A stretch of 64,000 nt of DNA from Bdellovibrionales bacterium. Its GTDB lineage: Bacteria > Bdellovibrionota > Bdellovibrionia > Bdellovibrionales > UBA1609. Location: assembly GCA_965219095.1 (NCBI GenBank), contig CBDCMT010000001.1, positions 1,107,262 to 1,171,261 of the forward strand. Reading direction: 5' to 3'. Position numbers and translations under genes: made by a program. Shown piece after piece: positions 57,801 to 64,000 of this stretch (positions are counted from its first letter, which is position 1; the number at the start of each line of letters is the position of its first letter). Under the pieces are notes generated by a model. The model was not told the DNA's origin and searched no databases. It saw only the letters and a list, made by a program, of their open reading frames with translations.

Positions 57801-58235
57801 TTTGAAATGTATGGAGGTTTTCATAATGTAAATTGTGATCATACTGAATCTTTTAGTATGGGAGGAGATTGCTACTTGTATGCTAAACGACGTCTCATCG
57901 ATGCTTTCAAAAAGGCTCAAGATCTTTACCAAAAAACTATAAAAACAAGCCAATATAAAAAAATAGCAAGAACTACATTAAATATGACTCTGGCACTTGA
58001 GCCGATAAATTTTGATGGTCTGATCAATGCAATAGGAGGAAGTACTCATATTTACACAAAAACAGGTGCTTTTGGCTATAGAGAAGGGGATGAAGGCAAT
58101 CACAAACCTATTTTTGGAAATTCGAAAGGAAAGCTCCCAGAACAAAAAAATTTAGGTCCTATTCAACACACTCGTAATAGATTAGGAATTTCAGAAGGCG
58201 AGCTTTATCTTTATTGGCTTTTAAGGAGGCTTTAA
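54846..58235 (+). CDS. Very large secreted hypothetical protein (1129 aa)
   Basis: TTG start with AAAGGAAAGGA upstream. Signal peptide …LSSMLAHQAFA/G. I recognise no catalytic motif. The stop overlaps the start of the next gene (TAATG). Confidence 0.6.
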   Translation: MKNFKKKYLVALSSMLAHQAFAGFMSLNPLFHPLANDLVCNEETKFLCKKIGLKKEEVIDTEKLLSQSDFKIDYSLFNPKESDIWKNRKPIKISNPRLIEDHKKVKFREVSPVGSGMFRFLIEDKKGQQYRFIIGRKSHNILLRRALLRKLGYIVPDSSHVKKVSVEFKNSVAWRTFLKNMSYGVGTSNLSRWVTNIDKKSLEDHPDKTKWVIRKEASYEKNTLILQDVIVTTSWDQLYDLSIVFISSVMKNRRVFNSLLIPYALVDVPESFNKFNWNMGKQTNEQIFFKSDFLKDFRMGYEDGKWIAKKILDLERKDFEDIVKEAALPQPVSLLAIEKLISRRNSLCLIFFPNKQSCIMEIDFKKTDPQHPHLLKNGRLLLDTKNGDPKDSDHWWEGYGSRFSYGPDEAPLSRKEMTAFFTSQIFSNLISNFVSDINKDFLPNSDNSIQRKAYKEYTEDYQNQIIERIMEGKEPKNRITSLKNWSKDILYVRLNASRDIIFGGYLGTSHNIQLVHSFGWAVDAGWFLGSHGGPRDLSLSGRSGLAYSENYTQVTPSISIKEANKTPYKNIFVHFMMKKVSEKLNKVNDLKKKKEMDFQNNPQSTKKIKEEEEKLRNELSEILNEHLKVGESFIITRNIGPFAALNAILSISPHTKLSLNLRNQITELERVHILRKDQNTVHIYSSNATRFNWGFTLQLRKWIPIFTYKNRKARSVLKPVNVKFLSLNILPDIKKNPEFEQNSIVLKNFFSEPLSTENISDFIDAKDYVELSSHFTESFKDFKFLWQSSSTLEQNNIIKVKEYKNKEPFQKKFIWASSGKRTGVNYQSVFLDILNHIIEENLGLEDINVGLTNTNRPSETIFGHSTVQQSFYEGVIEEETQNVKEAFVNVSYRWKGWALSKEKLEALIRKLNSFQKSLQVKTNLPPLPISSFSLTNQLQLYSIFYNIYIYEKGIQNIANWGKPLDSHKLDKKNYEKRRSENLYKLFEMYGGFHNVNCDHTESFSMGGDCYLYAKRRLIDAFKKAQDLYQKTIKTSQYKKIARTTLNMTLALEPINFDGLINAIGGSTHIYTKTGAFGYREGDEGNHKPIFGNSKGKLPEQKNLGPIQHTRNRLGISEGELYLYWLLRRL

Positions 58236-61200
58236 TGAAACAAATGTTAATTTTTATTTTATGTTTTTTTTTTCTCTCTCTTCCTGCAACCATAAAACCT
58301 CATAGTAATTTTAACCCATACTTCAATGATCCTTTTTTTGTTTACCAATGGGGGCTTTCAGCTCAAAATCAAATTTTTATCAAAGATTTAACTGACATTA
58401 AATCAAAAAAAATTCATATTTCCCCAAAAGCTTCTATTGGTTTTTTTGAACCCCATAACCAGCCACTCACAGCTAAAATGAAAAAGGAAGTGGTGGTTGC
58501 TGTCATAGATTCTGGTTTAGATATATCTCATAAAGATTTAAAAGGAACTATATCTTTAAGCTCAGATTGTAACGAACTCCACCTCCCTCCAACTGGAAAA
58601 GCCCACGACATCAAAGACAAGGATAAGAATGGTTACAGGGGGGATTGTATGGGATGGAACTTTTCCGTTAAAGATGGAAACAACAAAGTTTACGATGATA
58701 AGGGACATGGAACTCACGTATCTAGCATCATATCAGCAACTTCTAATAATGATGAAGGAATTGCAAGCCTCTCTGCACAAATTAAAATTCTACCCATTAA
58801 AATTTTTCGCAACACAACAGAAAAAGAGAAATCTACATATAGAGAAGAAAAAGAAAACTATAGTATTGATTTTTCAGAAAACATCATCAAAAAAGCCATA
58901 GATTATGCAGTTTCTAAAAATGTTGATGTTATTAATATGAGTTTTGGTTGGCCTTTGGTGATTCAACATCCTTCTTTAACAGAATCCCTTCAAAAAGCTC
59001 TTGATAAAAATATTACAATTGTTGCTGCTGCGGGAAACAGCCACCACAATGCCTTTATTTTACCATGTGCTATTGAGGGAGTTTTATGCGTGGGTGCTTC
59101 AAATGGACTAGGAAAATTAGCAGAATTTTCTAATTATGGAGGCCATGTGGATCTCTTAGCTCCAGGAGAAGAAATTTTTGGAGCCCTTCCTCTATCACAA
59201 GCCACATATGAAAGAACTTTTTCTATTCCAGGCTATGGTCCTTTGACGGGAACAAGCCAAGCAGCACCTTGGGTTTCATCTGCTGTTGCTTTTTTAAAAG
59301 GAATTTTCCCTCAAATTCAAAATGATGAAATTAAAGCCAGATTATTTCTAAGTTCCTCTCATTTTGACGAACACAAAAAAACTCTTCATGGACTTTTTAA
59401 TTTAAAAAAAGCAATTGAAGTCAAAAAAAACCCCGTTATAAGACCTATATTTAAAAGTCAGAAGGAAGTGGAATTGATAAATGGTCAAGCTAAAATAAAA
59501 TTTAAATTAAAAAATTACTGGGAGACGACAAAAAATTCTATCAAGATTTCTGTTTCAACAATAGATCCCCCTATTCAAAAGTATAGTTTTACGTATCCAC
59601 AAGGTTTAAAAAACAAAGAGATCAAAACGATTTCCTTTAATCTTTCTCTTCCCTATGAATGGGTACATAGCAAGATTTCTCTTCTTGTCTCCATTCAAGA
59701 GGGAGATGGTAAAAAAGAAGATTTTTTTCATGAAGTGGATGTTTTTAAAAGCTTTCAACTATTTTCTTCACAAAAAATATCAATCCCAATTAATCATGAA
59801 ATTCAACTTTTATTAAAAGAACGTTTTAAAAGTAAAAGGGGCATTACACCTTTCTTTGAAATAGGGAAACCTTCAGGATCTCCTAGTTATTATTTAACCA
59901 AAACTGAAGAAGGGGGAACAAAAGTTTTTATTTGGAAAAAAGGGAGATACGGCCTTGATCTCAAAGAGGTTTTTATTCCTAATCTATTAAATGGACAAGG
60001 AACACTATCCCCTTCTCTTATTAAATATGACTTTAATCATGACGGGAAAGATGATTATCTTATTAGCGGGCTTTCAAAAAAACATGATGAGTCTAATAAA
60101 GATTTTGAACAAACTGTTTTATTTTCTTTTTTCGATCACAACCTGGAACCTCTATTTAAAAACATTTCTCATCATTGGAAACAAAAATTTCAAAGAATAG
60201 TTTTTAGATGGGAGAATCCTAAAGTGAGATTTTTAACTTATTCTTTTGAAGGTGAGAAGATAAGCCTTCCTTTTCTTATAGGAAGAAATTACCCTCCTGA
60301 AAAAGATCTTCTTACACATCCAGATGATGCTTTTTTAAATAGGAATAGAAATTATATTTTCTATTTACATCCTGTCATTAAAAGAAATTCCCAAGGTAAT
60401 GAGGAGGTAATTTTAGAAGAAAGGATTCTAGATTCTTATCATTTCATGAAAAACTTAAAAGAAAAATTAACTCTACACCAAAAATCAGAGAAAAATATCC
60501 CTGAAAATCTAAATGCTGAAAACCCTCTAACTACCTTACAGTTTCTTTCTTTGTTTCCTCAAAAAAACAAGGAAGAATTAAAGGGTCTTCTAGCTATAGG
60601 GGAGGGGGGAAGCAAAAAATACTACATCATTCACTGGAAAAGTAAGTTTTTAGAAAATAACTTTAAAGAAGCAGATTATGACATACGCAGCTTAGATTAT
60701 GGAAATAAAAAATTAGATGGAAACACACTTCAAACTCTCTTTCGCATTTCTAAAGACAAGGTTCTTCCTTCGGAATCTTATGTCTTTATTCGACATTACA
60801 AAGATTTAGAAAAGCCCTCAAGAGTACTCATAAGTGGATCAGAGAATAACTCTAAAACTGCTAGTGTGTTTACCCCTTCCTTTAAAAATAAAAGTGATAG
60901 GTTGACTTACTTTAAAAAAGCGTATGAAACAGATGAGCATTACATTGTTTTTTATGAATCTCAAAATCAAATTATAGCAAAAACTATACCTCTTTCAAAA
61001 AAAGACAACTTAGAAAACTTTACAAGAGAAAATAAAGAGGGAAAAACTTTCTTTAAGCGAGTCATTCGCTCCGCTCTATTTCCAGATGTCTTTTTTAGCG
61101 AAAGACTTTCTCCTTTAGTGATTAAGAGAGGGACAGTTTTAAAACCAGCTCTATATGTCAATGCATCAGAAATCTACTCTCAAAAAGTTTTCCTTTGGTT

Positions 61201-61384
61201 CCTTGATGAACACAAGGGAGAATTTTTTGCACCTATAAAGTACAGCCTTAAAGTTCCTAAAAATTGTCTTAGTTTAAAACCTACTCCTTACGGCGAAGGT
61301 GATGAATATAAAGCAGTTTTTATGTGCCAAAGAAAAAAAGACTCCAACATCTTTTGGACCCTTTATTATTACACTTTTAATTAG
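58235..61384 (+). CDS. Secreted subtilisin-family (S8) serine protease with a ~650-aa C-terminal extension
   Basis: ATG 58235 is preceded by AAGGAGG (58223-58229). Signal peptide MKQMLIFILCFFFLSLPA. Catalytic triad contexts are VAVIDSGLD (Asp codon 58508), HGTHVSS (His codon 58706) and GTSQAAPWV (Ser codon 59255). An FG-GAP-like YDFNHDGKDDYLISG lies in the extension. Confidence 0.85.
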   Translation: MKQMLIFILCFFFLSLPATIKPHSNFNPYFNDPFFVYQWGLSAQNQIFIKDLTDIKSKKIHISPKASIGFFEPHNQPLTAKMKKEVVVAVIDSGLDISHKDLKGTISLSSDCNELHLPPTGKAHDIKDKDKNGYRGDCMGWNFSVKDGNNKVYDDKGHGTHVSSIISATSNNDEGIASLSAQIKILPIKIFRNTTEKEKSTYREEKENYSIDFSENIIKKAIDYAVSKNVDVINMSFGWPLVIQHPSLTESLQKALDKNITIVAAAGNSHHNAFILPCAIEGVLCVGASNGLGKLAEFSNYGGHVDLLAPGEEIFGALPLSQATYERTFSIPGYGPLTGTSQAAPWVSSAVAFLKGIFPQIQNDEIKARLFLSSSHFDEHKKTLHGLFNLKKAIEVKKNPVIRPIFKSQKEVELINGQAKIKFKLKNYWETTKNSIKISVSTIDPPIQKYSFTYPQGLKNKEIKTISFNLSLPYEWVHSKISLLVSIQEGDGKKEDFFHEVDVFKSFQLFSSQKISIPINHEIQLLLKERFKSKRGITPFFEIGKPSGSPSYYLTKTEEGGTKVFIWKKGRYGLDLKEVFIPNLLNGQGTLSPSLIKYDFNHDGKDDYLISGLSKKHDESNKDFEQTVLFSFFDHNLEPLFKNISHHWKQKFQRIVFRWENPKVRFLTYSFEGEKISLPFLIGRNYPPEKDLLTHPDDAFLNRNRNYIFYLHPVIKRNSQGNEEVILEERILDSYHFMKNLKEKLTLHQKSEKNIPENLNAENPLTTLQFLSLFPQKNKEELKGLLAIGEGGSKKYYIIHWKSKFLENNFKEADYDIRSLDYGNKKLDGNTLQTLFRISKDKVLPSESYVFIRHYKDLEKPSRVLISGSENNSKTASVFTPSFKNKSDRLTYFKKAYETDEHYIVFYESQNQIIAKTIPLSKKDNLENFTRENKEGKTFFKRVIRSALFPDVFFSERLSPLVIKRGTVLKPALYVNASEIYSQKVFLWFLDEHKGEFFAPIKYSLKVPKNCLSLKPTPYGEGDEYKAVFMCQRKKDSNIFWTLYYYTFN

Positions 61385-61724
61385 GGCATGTCGTCAATTA
61401 ATCTAACCAAACCATAAAGAAGCTAACATAACTTAAAGCTAAGAAGTGTTTTCTCTTTTTGATAGACATACCGGGAGACCTTTGAGTGCATATTGATAAC
61501 AATTACAGAAATTAATTCGACGGTAAATCAAAAAGACAGGTCACTGGTTTAAGCCATGATAGTGACCCTAAAGTACTTGCAGAAGGAGGTGAGCTTTTCG
61601 AGACAAATTCTAAACCCTTTAGCTGGCCTGGTTTTTAAGGCCTCAAAGGGAAAAGCAAAAAAAAGATGTAAAATAGGATTTCAAGACTTTATTTATAAAT
61701 AAACCAACAAAGGAGGAAAATAAA

Positions 61725-62236
61725 ATGTATGATCACTATATAGCCGTAGATTGGGCACAAAGTAACATGGCCATTTCAAGGATGACAGGCAAATCAAAAG
61801 ATATTAAGAAAGACTATGGACACGATTTCAGATCTTGGGAATCTTCGTGCCTATTTAAAAACTCTGAAAGGTAAGAAGATATTGACTATCGAAGAGACTA
61901 CAACTTCGATAGTGGTTGTATTCAGAATTAAAGGATAGTGTTGATGAGTTCATAGTCTGTGATCCTCTTCGGAACAAACTTTTAAGTGAAGGGGCTAAAA
62001 CTGATAAAATTGATGCTGAAAAACTTGTTTTATTGTTACGCTCTGGCCTTTTGAAACCAGTTTTTCACTCAGGTGATGAATTCATTTACCTTCGTAAGAT
62101 TGTCAGTGGGTATGAAGATGTGGTTAAAAGAGGAGTTCGTGTTAAAAACCAAAGATCAGCTCTGTTTCGAGCTTCCCATCTTGATGCTAAGAAGCAGACT
62201 CAATTAAAACGGGCAGAAGAGATATATTTGTTCTAG
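61725..62236 (+). pseudogene. IS110-family transposase, N-terminal part (frameshifted, then interrupted)
   Basis: MYDHYIAVDWAQSNMAISRM… A 4-nt insertion relative to copy J1 (AAGAAAGACTA vs AAGACTA) shifts the frame. Track ORF 61916-62236 is a later segment that ends at the IS630 TA target. Confidence 0.75.
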
Positions 62237-63691
62237 TGTTCTGACCAGTAAATTTTTTCACAATTTTCAAGCCTTTAATCCAGGTCATTTTATTAAATTA
62301 TTTTTATATTAAAAAGAATAAAAGTGAAATGTTTAGAGTTATACCAATTCCAAAAGTTAATTCTACATTTTCATGTATAAGTTTGGATTTTTACTTCTAG
62401 AAATTTATAACTTTTAAGTATGGGTAAAGAGTGTATCAAATTCATTGGAAAGATATGATTTTCTAATGTTTATATACAATTTAGTTTACAGGCTCTTACA
62501 GGCTCTTACAGGCTCGTCTCATTTTTTATAATGGAACTTTTCTCTGGCTGATTTTCTTGAAAAATTCCATTTTATTATAATCTTCCGTCTGTTCATAATA
62601 TTCACCCAAGCCTTGGTTCTTTTTCTTAAAGTTTCTATGTCAGGTATTCTTGATTTTCCTAAACATTGACGAGAGTACATATTGATTGCAATTTCTGCTT
62701 GATTTAACCAACTTCCATGACTCGGAGTATAATGAACCTCAAAGCGAGACCATAGATGCAAACCTCGATCTTTTCCATAAAAATCAGTAAGACTTTTTTT
62801 TCTATGAGTGTTCAAATTATCCATAACTAGAACAATCTTCTTGGAATCAGAATAATGTCTCTCAACAGAAGATAAAAACTTAGCAAAATCCGGACCTGTC
62901 CTTCTCTCTGTTACCTTATTCATATAAAAACCTCTCTTAGGCTCCACAGCACAGAAAACATTTGCTGTACCCTCTCTTTTATACTCATAATCTACTTTTT
63001 TTACTTCCGAGGGATGACAACCCGATGGAGGACGAACATCATCAAGTAACTGAAGAGGCTTTTCATCAATACACACAACAGGCTTTCCTTTAATCGGAGG
63101 CTTCTCATACACTTTCAAAACATCCTCCATCCTCTCTATAAATTCATCATTAAGCTCTGGTACACACCAACTCTTCTGTTGCCAAGGTTTTAGATCATGT
63201 TCTAAAAGAATAATCCTAACTTTTTCTTTGCTAATAGAGTCTACAATCTTGTTTTTTTCTGCCCTCTCTTTAATGAGCTCTAAAGTCCATCGATCAAAGC
63301 CCTCCGGAGGATCTGAGCAGACTATAGCTATAATCTTTGACTTTATGCGATCATCAAACTTTGGAGGTTTTCCAGGACGAGGATCATCTTCAAGAGCTTT
63401 TTTCAGCCCAGAATTCTCATAGTTTTTTTGGATGTTGAAAACAGTTCTAGGAGTTATCTCTAAGTAATCTGCTGTCTCTATGGCAGTTAAATTTTTGTTC
63501 CTTAAGTTTAGAACATTGGCTCGATATATGGCTCTTGGATTTTTAGACTTCTTTATAATTTTAAGAATTTCTCTCTTATCTTTTGGCTTTAATAAATTTA
63601 ACATATGAGTATTAAAACATAAAAAAAAAATAAATAAAATGACCTGGATTAAAGGCTTGAAAATTATGAAAAAAATTACTGGTCAGAACAC
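62236..63691 (-). mobile_element. IS630-like lineage C element, complete, with TA duplication
   Basis: ~55-bp inverted repeats start with GTGTTCTGACCAGTAA at 62236 and at 63691 (reverse complement). TA lies at 62234-62235 and 63692-63693. Confidence 0.9.
62519..63604 (-). CDS. IS630-family (Tc1/mariner-like DDE_3) transposase
   Basis: 361 aa, intact, with HTH motifs at the N-terminus, VVCIDEKPLQLL, VLVMDNLNTH and YTPSHGSWLNQAEI. Confidence 0.9.
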   Translation of the reverse strand: MLNLLKPKDKREILKIIKKSKNPRAIYRANVLNLRNKNLTAIETADYLEITPRTVFNIQKNYENSGLKKALEDDPRPGKPPKFDDRIKSKIIAIVCSDPPEGFDRWTLELIKERAEKNKIVDSISKEKVRIILLEHDLKPWQQKSWCVPELNDEFIERMEDVLKVYEKPPIKGKPVVCIDEKPLQLLDDVRPPSGCHPSEVKKVDYEYKREGTANVFCAVEPKRGFYMNKVTERRTGPDFAKFLSSVERHYSDSKKIVLVMDNLNTHRKKSLTDFYGKDRGLHLWSRFEVHYTPSHGSWLNQAEIAINMYSRQCLGKSRIPDIETLRKRTKAWVNIMNRRKIIIKWNFSRKSAREKFHYKK

Positions 63692-63693
63692 TA

Positions 63694-64000
63694 GAAGGCT
63701 TAGATAAAGCTATCAGTTCTTATGGGGAGGAGAAAGCACGTTATGAAGCAGAGTTTAAGAGGCTAAGTAAAAAACACAAAGATATTAGAAATCTTAATAG
63801 CATTCCAGGAATTGGTTCTATCAAGGCTATCAAGATTGTAGCCAGGGTTGTAGTGCCTCACCGATTTAAACGTAATTTCTGGTGGAGTGGACTGCGGACT
63901 TGTAAAGCTACATAAAATGAGTGGTGGAAGGTCTTATGGAACTAAGAAGTCTAGATTTTGTCCACAAATGAAAAGTGTTTTTAAGATAGCTGCACTCTCA
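63694..64000 (+). pseudogene. IS110-family transposase, C-terminal part (continues beyond the window, with frame breaks)
   Basis: EGLDKAISSYGEEKARYEAEFKRLSKKHKDIRNLNSIPGIGSIKAIKIVARVVVPHRF resembles the IS116/IS110/IS902 C-terminal domain. The later frames are interrupted. Confidence 0.75.

Larger units (their letters stand above)
61521..64000 (+). mobile_element. IS110-family element (J2), interrupted by an IS630-like element and running off the window
   Basis: A ~204-nt non-coding left end is followed by a transposase start at 61725. The C-terminal part resumes at 63694 (…LNSIPGIGSIKAIKIVARV…). Confidence 0.8.

Noticed and set aside
57750-61161. Short ORFs 57750-57953 (-), 58629-58901 (+), 59991-60200 (+) and 60967-61161 (-)
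   Set aside because: All are nested in the two giant secreted-protein genes, in other frames or on the other strand. They are spurious.
62487-62520. Tandem TTACAGGCTC x3, considered as a possible CRISPR or minisatellite
   Set aside because: The units are only 10 bp with no spacers. The array lies inside the IS630-like lineage C element, between the transposase stop and the terminal repeat. No cas genes are present in the window.

Overview
This 64-kb window is visibly AT-rich and comes from a Gram-negative-type genome, judging by a pal/ybgF lipoprotein cluster and one sigma-54-like promoter. By my boundary estimates, about 40-45% of the bases are insertion-sequence copies, fragments and MITEs. 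I can delimit elements of IS481, IS66, IS982, several IS1634-like lineages, ISL3, IS256, IS5 and IS110. There are also three different IS630-like lineages, which I call A, B and C. Many of these are nested inside one another, and several still show target-site duplications (TSDs). Only one stretch is IS-free, at 16.2-28.5 kb. It carries ordinary core genes: a histidine kinase and response regulator, coaD, an aminotransferase, pal, ybgF, tsaD, rsmA, smpB and a YfcH-like epimerase. The non-IS cargo sits between IS blocks. The most unusual item is a 1368-aa protein (9229-13335, minus strand) with an N-terminal signal or anchor sequence, three Clp-type AAA+ modules and a C-terminal FtsH-type M41 zinc peptidase. 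Other cargo includes a secreted tRNA-nucleotidyltransferase/poly(A)-polymerase-like protein whose C-terminus is supplied by a repeat, and a type I R-M locus with a fused HsdM-HsdS gene and an hsdR cut off by a 76-bp MITE. A translationally coupled pair of very large secreted proteins (1129 aa unknown, then a ~1050-aa S8 subtilase) is also present. An IS110-family element has its non-coding left end fused to terminal repeats of other IS, which makes it a candidate for bridge-RNA-guided targeting. I found no rRNA, intact tRNA or CRISPR array. All functional calls rest on motif recognition by eye, since no searches could be run.
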